DNA of 64,000 nucleotides from a virus (Duplodnaviria; Heunggongvirae; Uroviricota; Caudoviricetes): IMG/VR virus record IMGVR_UViG_2721755651_000007; one strand, 5' to 3'. Shown piece by piece: positions 29,188 to 38,134 of this stretch (position 1 is its first letter; each line of letters starts with the position of its first letter). The notes under the pieces were generated by a model. It saw only the letters and a program-made list of their open reading frames with translations, ran no database searches and was not told where the DNA came from. The position numbers and the translations under genes were made by a program.

Positions 29188-32100
29188 TCAGCATTCCTCC
29201 GTCACGTCGCATGGACAGCATCACCGCCTGCACCCGCTGGTCAATCAGCTGCACAAGACTGCCTGCCGCCTCCGGCCCTATCTGTCCGTTAGCCCCGTCA
29301 TTCTGAATGGCAATGTGGTAGACCGGGGAATACACCAGACCAGCACTGCCGTTCATACTGCCCACGGCGCGTACGCCCAGCGAGCCATCCGCCGCCCGGG
29401 TCAGGGGCATAATAGCTTCAGGTCCGGCTTCCCCCATCAGCCCGGCCCCTTTTGCAAACGCAAAGTACGTGGGCGTGTCCACAATGCTGTTGCTGTACGC
29501 GCTCAGGTTTGCCGAGGTATACACGCCGCCTTTTGCATTGGCCACCGCTCCGCCCAGCCAGTCACCAATGCTGCCGAGAAATCCTCCCGCACCGGACATA
29601 CCGTTTGCCGCCGTCTTAATTCCGTTGACAATCGCGGCATTCATAAGAACTTTTGATATTTCCTGCAGTACGGATGAGGCCCAGCTGCGCCATTCCACTT
29701 TATTTCCGTTCAGCATCTCCGTGATGTTATTCACCATCCCTGAGATACCCTCCGTCGCCAGCTGTGCTGCCTGTGAGGCGTAATCGGACGCATTATCCAC
29801 CCAGTTACTGAATCCCTCCTGCAGCCCTTTCTGCCAGTCCGCACGCTGCACATCCGATTCGGCATAAAAGACTGCCTGGTCCTTAAGGCGTTCGCTCAGA
29901 TACTGCGCGTTCTGTGCCAGCGCCTGTCTGTAAAAATCCTCACTGATATCCCCGGTCTGATACTGAGACTGAAGGTCCGCATCCTTCTGGCGGAAGCTGT
30001 CGCGGATCTGCTGCAACTCCCGCATGCGTTCCCTGGCTCGTTCCCCCTGCCCGTACCCCAGCAGTTCAGATTCATTTGATGCACGCGCAGCCACATTATC
30101 ATTCTTCAGGGTCTCTTCCCGGTACCGCAACTGCTCCCGGATTTTTTGCTGGTCAATCAGGGCCGCATTGCGCAGCAGTTCCTGCTTCTGTATCTCCGAC
30201 AGGGTTTTCAGTTCACCCAGCGCTGTCTGGTACTTCAGCTTCGCCAGCTCCGTGTTCTGACCGGCCAGTGCCAGTTGCTCTTTCTGCTGCTTCAGCAGCC
30301 GGGAAAAACTGTCTTCCGCTTTTTCCGTCTCTGATTTTCCACCCCGGGATTTGGGTTTATTCGCCTCGTTATTGCGCCAGGCTTCCAGGGCATTACTGAT
30401 ATAACGTTGTCTCGCCTCCTGATACGGATCCCCCACAAAACCGAGGTCATCCGCCGCATACCCCAGTCGGACGCGCTCTTTTTCTTCCCCTTTCAGTCTG
30501 GACAGGGCCAGCTCACGCTCTGTTTTTGTCAGGGCACTCTGCTGTTTATCATCCAGAGTGGCCTGTGGCAGCCGTAACGGCACATTCACCAGTCCCTGCC
30601 GCTGCTGAAGCAGTTCATTCCCCAGCCCCAGCAGACGGTTGAATTCCGTATACTGACCGTTCATAACCAGCATGGACTGGTACACCTTATTCTGCTCTGC
30701 CGCCTGCTGACGAATTAACGCCACACGACGGTCTTCCAGCCCGGCAAGCACATCCTGAATGGACTGCGCTTTTTCCTGCATCTGTGCCAGACGGGACTGC
30801 TCAACGGCAAGCTGCTCTGTTGCCTGAGCAAGCCCTTCCGTTACGGTCTTCACCGATGTCAGATGGTTTATCATGAATCCGTCACCGGTCGTCCAGCCCG
30901 GGTTCGCCAGAACATACTGATATCCTGCGATTTTTTCCTGCAGGGATTTCACCCGACTGGCCTGTTCATCAATCAGCCGGTTCTGCTCTGTCAGCGCCGC
31001 CCGTGTTCGTCCTTCATTATCTGAGGCTTCAGGCAGAGACATTGACGGCGTTTTATGCGCGATTTCATCTATCGTCAGTGCATACTGGCGCGCAGACTCC
31101 CTGGCCTGCTCCTGATTCTGGTACAGCGTGTACCATGCTGCAGCCCCCAGCATCACCAGTCCGGGTACGCCACCAACCAGCCCCAGCGCACCGCTCATCA
31201 GACGTGAGCCCACCGCCGTTGTACTGTTCAGCGCATTCTGGGCGGCGGTTCTGGCAGCAATATTTCTGTTCAGGCGTTCCTGTGTGGCCGCCAGACGGGC
31301 CTCTGCTGCAATCTGCATCTCCGTCCCGCGGGCTGCCGCCACGGCCTGCTGAGCACGGTACACGGCTGCCCTTGCCCGCGCCGTGGCAATCTGCGTTCCC
31401 CTGAACTGTGCTTCCGCCAGTGCAACTTCATTACGTGCAGCCGTCACAAGTCCTGCCGTGGCAGACATCGCTCCGGAGGCCATATTGCCAAAGTAACGTG
31501 CAACCCCGACGGCAACCAGCGCGCCCACGGCTGTTGCCACATTATCAATCTGTCCGGCAACACCGTTCAGCATGCCGGAGAGCGTTTTTGTCACCCCGCT
31601 GGCCTCATTCGCACCGCCCACCCAGGCCATAAAGGCGTTTTCCACCTTCGTGATACTACTGGAAACCGTTTCCGGCATGGCCGCATATTCATCACGTAAT
31701 ATCCCCAGCTGGCTGATTAACGCGGGGACCACTTTATCCGCTGTCAGTTTTCCGTCATCCGCCATTGCCTTCAGATCTTTACGGGCCACGCCCATACCCG
31801 CAGCCAGTGCACGTACGATCCGGTCACCACTTTCATTGACCGAATTAAATTCCTCACCGCGCAACACACCCTGTGCCAGCGCCTGGCTGAACTGGGTGAT
31901 CACCGAACCCGCCTCAGCCGTACTGGCACCGGAGATTTTCAGCCCCGTGGAAATGGCCTCCGTCACCTTCAGTACATCACCGGCACTGTAACCATATTCA
32001 CGCATCGAGGCAGCCGAACGGGCAAACAGGGCCGCATTATCCGAAAATGCCGTGCCTGTCCGCTGGCTGATATCCATCAGCACTTTCTGTGATGACGAAA

Positions 32101-32422
32101 ATTCATCGGATGACTGTGATGCCTGTTTCAGACGGGCATTTACGGAACTCCACTCATCCGCCAGTGAAATCAGGTGTCCGGAGGCAAAGGCACCGGCAAA
32201 TGCGCCAGCCATTCCGACAGCAGAACCGCGAATTTCCGTCAACTGGCTGTTCAGTTCTGCCAGGGCACGTCGCTGCTCCCGGGCTGCCGCAGCGGCCTGA
32301 CGCCCGCCATTCTGCAGGGTCCGGTAATATTCACTGCCCATACGGGACGCCCGCTGGATCTCCGACTGGAATGACTGTGAATTTGCCGAAATTTTGATAA
32401 TCAGTTCACGTAACGTCGCCAT
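29180..32422 (-). CDS. H: tail tape measure protein
   Basis: 1080 aa, Ala-rich coiled-coil protein between G/T and M. Confidence 0.85.
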   Translation of the reverse strand: MATLRELIIKISANSQSFQSEIQRASRMGSEYYRTLQNGGRQAAAAAREQRRALAELNSQLTEIRGSAVGMAGAFAGAFASGHLISLADEWSSVNARLKQASQSSDEFSSSQKVLMDISQRTGTAFSDNAALFARSAASMREYGYSAGDVLKVTEAISTGLKISGASTAEAGSVITQFSQALAQGVLRGEEFNSVNESGDRIVRALAAGMGVARKDLKAMADDGKLTADKVVPALISQLGILRDEYAAMPETVSSSITKVENAFMAWVGGANEASGVTKTLSGMLNGVAGQIDNVATAVGALVAVGVARYFGNMASGAMSATAGLVTAARNEVALAEAQFRGTQIATARARAAVYRAQQAVAAARGTEMQIAAEARLAATQERLNRNIAARTAAQNALNSTTAVGSRLMSGALGLVGGVPGLVMLGAAAWYTLYQNQEQARESARQYALTIDEIAHKTPSMSLPEASDNEGRTRAALTEQNRLIDEQASRVKSLQEKIAGYQYVLANPGWTTGDGFMINHLTSVKTVTEGLAQATEQLAVEQSRLAQMQEKAQSIQDVLAGLEDRRVALIRQQAAEQNKVYQSMLVMNGQYTEFNRLLGLGNELLQQRQGLVNVPLRLPQATLDDKQQSALTKTERELALSRLKGEEKERVRLGYAADDLGFVGDPYQEARQRYISNALEAWRNNEANKPKSRGGKSETEKAEDSFSRLLKQQKEQLALAGQNTELAKLKYQTALGELKTLSEIQKQELLRNAALIDQQKIREQLRYREETLKNDNVAARASNESELLGYGQGERARERMRELQQIRDSFRQKDADLQSQYQTGDISEDFYRQALAQNAQYLSERLKDQAVFYAESDVQRADWQKGLQEGFSNWVDNASDYASQAAQLATEGISGMVNNITEMLNGNKVEWRSWASSVLQEISKVLMNAAIVNGIKTAANGMSGAGGFLGSIGDWLGGAVANAKGGVYTSANLSAYSNSIVDTPTYFAFAKGAGLMGEAGPEAIMPLTRAADGSLGVRAVGSMNGSAGLVYSPVYHIAIQNDGANGQIGPEAAGSLVQLIDQRVQAVMLSMRRDGGMLSG

Positions 32423-32474
32423 TCACCTTTCTCCGGGCAAAAAAAAACCTGCCACAGCAGGTTTTCATCATTAT

Positions 32475-32756
32475 TTATGACATTGCTGCAAGGCTCAGCG
32501 CGTCTTCCAGCGCCGCAAACGGATCCACCTCCGGCTTATCCTCATCCTCGCCCCAGCAGAGCATGGCGTCCTTCAGTGCAACATTCATCCCCTGTGCCCC
32601 GAAAACCGCTTTCACGATCTGTGCATTACGGATATCCCCGCGCTCATCACCCAGCGGGGATACCCTGTCGAACTCCATCCACATCATCGCCTCGCTCGCA
32701 CTCAGGCTGTGCCGCAGTTCGGATAAGGTGCGCCCCAGACGGAGCGCAAGTCGCAT
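32475..32756 (-). CDS. T: tail assembly chaperone T segment (expressed as G-T fusion by -1 frameshift)
   Basis: open -1 frame continuing from G across slippery A-AAA-AAG. Confidence 0.65.
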   Translation of the reverse strand: MRLALRLGRTLSELRHSLSASEAMMWMEFDRVSPLGDERGDIRNAQIVKAVFGAQGMNVALKDAMLCWGEDEDKPEVDPFAALEDALSLAAMS

Positions 32757-32779
32757 CAGAAAGCGAATTTCCGGGCGGG

Positions 32780-33154
32780 CTACTTTTTTCTGGCCGACTC
32801 TGCATCAGCGATCAGTTCCAGTGCCTGACGCAGCAACCGGGCATGTACCGGACCATAGACGGCCAGCACCTGCTCACGGTCGTCCGGAGTGAACACCCGT
32901 TGCAGGTCAGTATCACACAGGACATCGCAGAACAGCGTCACATCCGCTTCCAGGTTACGGCGGGTTTTCGCCACCACCGACAGGGTATCGTCATCCTCTC
33001 CATCACCATTGAGCACTTCCTGCCACAGATACCAGGCCTCTGCCGAAGGCTCCCGCAGCACCACGCTGACATTTCTCCATTCCGGCACCTTCACCGTTTT
33101 ATGACGGAACCCCGACAGTCTGGCCAGCGCCAGTGTTTTCAGATCTTTTGCCAT
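32780..33154 (-). CDS. G: tail assembly chaperone G
   Basis: position between V and tape measure; ends at slippery heptamer. Confidence 0.65.
   Translation of the reverse strand: MAKDLKTLALARLSGFRHKTVKVPEWRNVSVVLREPSAEAWYLWQEVLNGDGEDDDTLSVVAKTRRNLEADVTLFCDVLCDTDLQRVFTPDDREQVLAVYGPVHARLLRQALELIADAESARKK
32783..32789 (-). promoter_or_regulatory. programmed -1 ribosomal frameshift slippery heptamer A_AAA_AAG
   Basis: G frame ..AGA AAA AAG TAG; -1 frame is open into T. Confidence 0.6.
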
Positions 33155-33159
33155 AAGCC

Positions 33160-33876
33160 TTATCCGCCCGCACCATTAACCGTTACTGTACACGCATCAG
33201 AGGTAATGCTCTGCGGCTGTTCTGCAGAATCCGTTACCTCGCAGGTATAAGCCCCCTTATCACCTGACTGCGTATTGGCTTTACTGAAAGTGTCAGTAGT
33301 CTGTCCCTCTACCGGCTGACCATCCTTCTTCCAGGCGTGTTTATAAGGCGGCGTTCCCCCGTTGACACTGACTGACATTGTCAGCAGCGCACCGGTATTC
33401 ACGGTAAGTGTCTTCTCCAGATTTTTCACAAACGCCAGCGGTACCACATAGGACACCGGTTTACCCTTCAGGCGAAGTGAAAACGTTGCAGCCACCACGC
33501 CGTTGGTACCGGATGACCAGGTGTGCTGACGCACTTCCGCCAGGAACTTAAAGCCCTTACCGGACGGAAACTGCACCTTAAACGCATACACCGTGTCATT
33601 GTCATAGGCATCACGCAGGGCGTTCTGGGCCTGATTCAGATAAAAATTACCCGACATGGAAATCTCGGACGACGCCCCCAGACCGTTGATGTTCTCCTGC
33701 TCTGTGGAGCAGAGCGTGGTCACATCAATATCCTGTTTCTGACCGGCGGTGAACTGGACTTCCTTGATGGTGCAGTCCAGGCGCAGATATTCCGCCTTCT
33801 CCATGGTTTCAGCAGTCGCCGGGGCAGATGAAATCATCACCTGCGTCAGCTGTGAACGTTCATACAAAGCAGACAT
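33160..33876 (-). CDS. V: major tail protein V with C-terminal Ig-like domain
   Basis: ..YAFKVQFPSGKGFKFLAEV.. lambda V-like; start placed at MSALYERSQ. Confidence 0.75.
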   Translation of the reverse strand: MSALYERSQLTQVMISSAPATAETMEKAEYLRLDCTIKEVQFTAGQKQDIDVTTLCSTEQENINGLGASSEISMSGNFYLNQAQNALRDAYDNDTVYAFKVQFPSGKGFKFLAEVRQHTWSSGTNGVVAATFSLRLKGKPVSYVVPLAFVKNLEKTLTVNTGALLTMSVSVNGGTPPYKHAWKKDGQPVEGQTTDTFSKANTQSGDKGAYTCEVTDSAEQPQSITSDACTVTVNGAGG

Positions 33877-33934
33877 TCTGCCTCCTGATAATAAAAAACC
33901 CGCACGCGGCGGGTTATGGGTTCTGTTGAAAAAA

Positions 33935-34279
33935 TTACACCGTGACCTGAAACTCCAGGGTTGCACGGTAACAGCGGTTTTCCGGAATATAGTCCTGCAT
34001 TTCACTGACGGATCCCGGGGCCAGCAGCATTATGGCTTCACGGGCGTCCTGACGTATCTGACGCGCCTGCGTCACAGTCCCGGCATAAACGTCTATCTGC
34101 ACCGACACTGAGGACTCCGCCTGCCCGCCCATCACGTCCGCCGACACCGATGAAATCAGGCTGAAAACCACCCACGGAAGCGCCACCGACGGCCTGCCAT
34201 CCAGCAGGGGGACCACATACGGGTACACCTGCCCGCCGGCAAGATGCGCCAGATGAGGATACAAATCCGCCTCCGTCAT
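33935..34279 (-). CDS. tail terminator-like protein
   Basis: position immediately upstream of major tail gene; size 114 aa. Confidence 0.45.
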   Translation of the reverse strand: MTEADLYPHLAHLAGGQVYPYVVPLLDGRPSVALPWVVFSLISSVSADVMGGQAESSVSVQIDVYAGTVTQARQIRQDAREAIMLLAPGSVSEMQDYIPENRCYRATLEFQVTV

Positions 34280-34722
34280 CGTCTCAGTACCTCATCAATG
34301 GCCCGGTTCATCCGAGCAATCGCCACCTGTGCCGCCTGTTCACTGCGCACATCAAATGCCGGGCGCACAAACGGGTGCGGTGGCATATTCACGGTCCCCA
34401 TTTCCACAAACCGCCAGTAGAAAGCATTGCGCGGGTTATCCGCCTTCATGGTGTTATCGCTGTTACCGGTGTCCGGATTAACACCCCGGATATGCACACC
34501 GGATTCCATCCCGCCATCGCGGGAGCACCGGGAAAGGACCACCACATTGCGGCGAAGTTTTCCCCTGCGTACCGGTGCCCGTGACACCACTTCTTCTTTC
34601 AGCACATTCGCACCCGCACGGGTTGCCTCACGCAGCACCCGGTTATTTTCCGCACCACTCAGAAGCTGCAAATCGCGGCTGATGTCCTCCAGCCCCGAAA
34701 AATCCAGCAGGGTTTCGATCAT
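34276..34722 (-). CDS. HK97 gp10-family tail component
   Basis: position and size (148 aa). Confidence 0.45.
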   Translation of the reverse strand: MIETLLDFSGLEDISRDLQLLSGAENNRVLREATRAGANVLKEEVVSRAPVRRGKLRRNVVVLSRCSRDGGMESGVHIRGVNPDTGNSDNTMKADNPRNAFYWRFVEMGTVNMPPHPFVRPAFDVRSEQAAQVAIARMNRAIDEVLRR

Positions 34723-35069
34723 TTTTCCCCTCCCAGCCGACAGAGAATTTCCAGACGCCCGCCGGTTGCATCCGGAACCGGGACCCCGACGACATTCAGG
34801 ACATGGTCACGCCAGGGACCACTCAGCACATGAAGTCGTGACGCCGCCGTGATTTCACGACCAGACTGACCGCGTACCCAGATGCGGATTTCCGCCTGCG
34901 CCATTTCCGCACCGGACTGCATCCGCTCCCGGCTGCTCCTGCCCCGGATATCCGCATGAATTTTCCCGCATGACACCCATTCTTCCGTCATTTCTCCGGC
35001 AGCATTACGGGTTAACACCGGGTTCAGAACACTGATCATCTGTGTCAGACGACCTGCAGATATTGCCAT
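34719..35069 (-). CDS. head closure / head-tail adaptor protein
   Basis: position and size (116 aa). Confidence 0.45.
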   Translation of the reverse strand: MAISAGRLTQMISVLNPVLTRNAAGEMTEEWVSCGKIHADIRGRSSRERMQSGAEMAQAEIRIWVRGQSGREITAASRLHVLSGPWRDHVLNVVGVPVPDATGGRLEILCRLGGEK

Positions 35070-35078
35070 TCCCCCTCC

Positions 35079-35405
35079 TCATAACACCGTCGGACAACGC
35101 AAATCGTAAATCAGCACGGAAACAGAAAACGGCAGTTCCCCCTGCACGAGGTCTTCCCGCTCAGCAAGATCCGGATTCCGGTACAGCATCCCGGTCAGTC
35201 GCATGGCAGCCCCCTTCATCCGGGTTAATGCCTCACCAGGGATCAGCTCACCGTCCTCACTAATCACTTTATCCCGGCTGCCCTGGATGTAGGCCAGCAG
35301 CACGGCGGTAGCCTGACGAACCTTGTCCATCAGCATCTCATCATCCGCGTCATGGTCAACACGCAGATGTGCCTTGATTTCTTCCAGTGTCAGTAATGCT
35401 GTCAC
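35079..35405 (-). CDS. head-tail connector (gp6-like)
   Basis: 108 aa; position after head genes. Confidence 0.45.
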   Translation of the reverse strand: MTALLTLEEIKAHLRVDHDADDEMLMDKVRQATAVLLAYIQGSRDKVISEDGELIPGEALTRMKGAAMRLTGMLYRNPDLAEREDLVQGELPFSVSVLIYDLRCPTVL

Positions 35406-35484
35406 TTTCCACCTCCTGCATCCCGCCCACGTTTTGCAGCCAGAGTCCAGCCTGATGAATGAGCTTCTCCGGGCTTATCACCGG

Positions 35485-36030
35485 TCATACTGTTGCAGTG
35501 CCACAACGAGCCCCCCACGTCACCGTATCGCCGGGGTGGTAAGTTTCGCCGATTCTGAACACACCACGGTAGAGCATCACCGGCAGGGAAAATGTTTTTT
35601 CCGTACGCTGGCCACTGCTCTGCCGGACCACCACAGAGAACGACCGTTCACCCGTCATGCTGACGTCAATATCCGCCACCCCGTCAACCAGGCATTCCCA
35701 TCCCCGCATCCCGTACGTTTTTTCATACGCCCGCCAGAGTCCACCCTGGTGTGTGGCATACGAGCCCCGGGGAAAGGATTTTTGATCGTCAATGGCGGGG
35801 AGTATTTCCAGTGCCGTGGCATCACGCCCGTCCTGCGGAGCCGGCAGGGCACTCACCGCCTCCAGAACCGCCTTCTGCAGAACATCCGGATCGTAGTCAC
35901 GACCATCACGCGGAACAGGAATATGGCTTACCGCCTCCTTCACCATCTGTTCAAGCATCGGATGCACATCATCCGGAGTGATACTTTTACCGTCTGCCGG
36001 TACCGGTATTTTCGCGACCGCATCATTCAC
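35485..36030 (-). CDS. repeat-containing protein in frame with portal gene (probable detached portal C-terminal extension)
   Basis: begins with the same 54-aa repeat unit as the portal 3' end; same reading frame as portal, separated by a single TGA. Confidence 0.45.
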   Translation of the reverse strand: MNDAVAKIPVPADGKSITPDDVHPMLEQMVKEAVSHIPVPRDGRDYDPDVLQKAVLEAVSALPAPQDGRDATALEILPAIDDQKSFPRGSYATHQGGLWRAYEKTYGMRGWECLVDGVADIDVSMTGERSFSVVVRQSSGQRTEKTFSLPVMLYRGVFRIGETYHPGDTVTWGARCGTATV

Positions 36031-36084
36031 CTTCGCAGCTCGGATCGTGTCAGAATCACATTCTACCGCTCTAGCAACATCGGA

Positions 36085-37923
36085 TCACCGGATATCTTTA
36101 CGTCGCGACCGTACGCGACGCACATTCACCGCCTTCTGCAGAACATCCGGATCGTAGTCACGACCGTCGCGCGGAACAGGAATATGGCTCACTGCCTCTT
36201 TCACCATCTGCTCAAGCATCGGACGCACATCATCCGGGGTGATACTTTTGCCGTCTGCCGGTACCGGAATATTCGCAACCGCATCATTCACCGCCTTCTG
36301 CAGAACATCCGGATCGTAGTCACGACCGTCGCGCGGAACAGGAATATGGCTCACTGCCTCTTTCACCATCTGCTCAAGCATCGGACGCACATCATCACCC
36401 GTCACGCACTTCTGTAATACCACAGACTGAGAAGCCAGTTTTTCTTCAAACGTTTGTGCCTGCGCGGCTATTTTCTCCTCAAATGTGCGCTGTAAATCCG
36501 CCAGCACTGTGGAAAATTCTTCTCCCAGTGCACGAATAATGGACAGTTCCCGTTCCGTCATTTTCTCAGTATCCCCCCTGAACATCGCTTTCACCGCATC
36601 ATGCTCTGTTTCACTGATTGCCTTATTACCGTCAGATGCGCCGTCAGGCAGCTGTGATGAAACTGTTTTCCCGGCAGACGCGAACGGATCCTCACGGGCA
36701 TCACGACGGGACAGCGCCTCCAGACTGTAGTTCTGCTGCTGAAGATACAGTGCATCACCGCCGGCCAGGGGCGGCAGGTTCTCCCGTTTACGGGCCTCAT
36801 TGGGCGTGAGAAGCGTATTTTTCACCGCATCCCCCAGCGTTTTCATGCGCCGCTCACTGTCCATTCTCAGCAGCGTGGTGACATCAAATTCTGTACTCTC
36901 GTTTTCCCCCGTTTCCAGCGCCTCATCCAGTAACAGTTCAATGGACTCAATCAGCGTCTGCAGGCACTGGGAATAATACTGCTGCTCCAGCGCCTCCACG
37001 TTGTCACTGGAAGGCGGTTGTCCCACGCCAATCTTGTAGGCCGGGACACGGAACACCGAACAGACAATTTCAGCGGTCATCTTCAGTTGTTCCACCGTCT
37101 GCGCATCCACCGGTGAAAACGTCGTGGGGTTGTATTTTGCCCCGTTGCTCAGAATGGCCGTTTTCCCCGCATTTTCGCCTGTATACCCGCTGTCCCAGTT
37201 GCTCTTCAGTTTTTTCGCATTTTCTTCCGTAATACTGCCGGGGATCTCAATCACCCCGGACGGCCTGCCGCCATTTCTGAAAAAAGACGTCGAATTTTCC
37301 TGAATATGATGCCCCTGCGTGGCCGCCAGCCCGGCGGCATACACCGGCGGCAATCCTATAAGCGGATGAAAAAAACAGTTAAACCGGTCGTGGATCACTT
37401 CCCGGGCAGGCACCGTCACCGCCTCCGTGATCCCGCAGTTCCGGTCCGGCGTGATGCGGTAGAACACCTCGCCGTCATCCGCCACCAGAGGTTCAACCCG
37501 GCTCCAGTCCAGAATACGCAGTTCTTTGATCTGCCCCCGGGCATTACGGATTTTCAGCACCACCGTATTGCCATGACGCAGTTTGGCGTTCAGCCACAGT
37601 TCAAAAAACTGGATGCGGTTCTGCTGGGCGTTGGGACGACGACAGAGGCGGGCAATATCCCCCCGGCGCGTTTCCCTGCGTATCCCATGCGCATCCGTCT
37701 GCATAAGACGCAGCCGCATTTTGGCGATATCCTGGGATATCAGCGAAATACATGCAAACACCGCATGAAAGGAGAGGACGGCTTCAGGATCGGCTTTCAC
37801 GCCCTGCTGCCAGGCGCCGGAAAAGGGCTCAGCCACCGCCTGAAACAGGCTGGTCCAGCCCGCCTCTCTTACGTCACGTCCTGATTTCTGGTTTTTTCGG
37901 GTTCGCCGTAAAAGGTTCCACAT
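36085..37923 (-). CDS. portal protein with C-terminal 54-aa tandem repeats
   Basis: portal-like core (..ILSNGAKYNPTTFSPVDAQTVEQLKMTAEIVCSVFRVPAYKIG..); repeats of IPVP.DG....PDDVRPMLEQMVKEAVSH. Confidence 0.65.
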   Translation of the reverse strand: MWNLLRRTRKNQKSGRDVREAGWTSLFQAVAEPFSGAWQQGVKADPEAVLSFHAVFACISLISQDIAKMRLRLMQTDAHGIRRETRRGDIARLCRRPNAQQNRIQFFELWLNAKLRHGNTVVLKIRNARGQIKELRILDWSRVEPLVADDGEVFYRITPDRNCGITEAVTVPAREVIHDRFNCFFHPLIGLPPVYAAGLAATQGHHIQENSTSFFRNGGRPSGVIEIPGSITEENAKKLKSNWDSGYTGENAGKTAILSNGAKYNPTTFSPVDAQTVEQLKMTAEIVCSVFRVPAYKIGVGQPPSSDNVEALEQQYYSQCLQTLIESIELLLDEALETGENESTEFDVTTLLRMDSERRMKTLGDAVKNTLLTPNEARKRENLPPLAGGDALYLQQQNYSLEALSRRDAREDPFASAGKTVSSQLPDGASDGNKAISETEHDAVKAMFRGDTEKMTERELSIIRALGEEFSTVLADLQRTFEEKIAAQAQTFEEKLASQSVVLQKCVTGDDVRPMLEQMVKEAVSHIPVPRDGRDYDPDVLQKAVNDAVANIPVPADGKSITPDDVRPMLEQMVKEAVSHIPVPRDGRDYDPDVLQKAVNVRRVRSRRKDIR

Positions 37924-38134
37924 TCGCCATGCTCCGCATCACGTTTCTTTTTCTGACCTGCCGGACGTCGCACCGTGATGTACTCCGCCTTTCCCAGGCG
38001 AACCAGCACCTCCGCACACGGCTGTGCCACATCACGGATATCCCCGGCCCGGGCATCATGCGTGCCCTGCAGATATCGGATCTTTGCCATAACCTGTTAC
38101 GGGAGGCGCACGCCTCCCGTCCTCCTTATCAGAC

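Noticed and set aside
29315-32422. Numerous 60-140-aa plus-strand ORFs antisense to the tape measure, terminase, capsid and portal genes
   Set aside because: Shadow ORFs typical of GC-rich coding DNA; the minus-strand genes have clear homology and operon structure.
36024-36122. 99-bp segment in the portal repeat array as a miniature mobile element with 8-bp target duplication, or a gene-60-like translational bypass gap
   Set aside because: The flanking GGTGAATG is the normal repeat-unit boundary and the 3' half resembles a scrambled repeat unit; the stop is 12 codons after the hairpin rather than adjacent to it. Kept only as a low-probability alternative.
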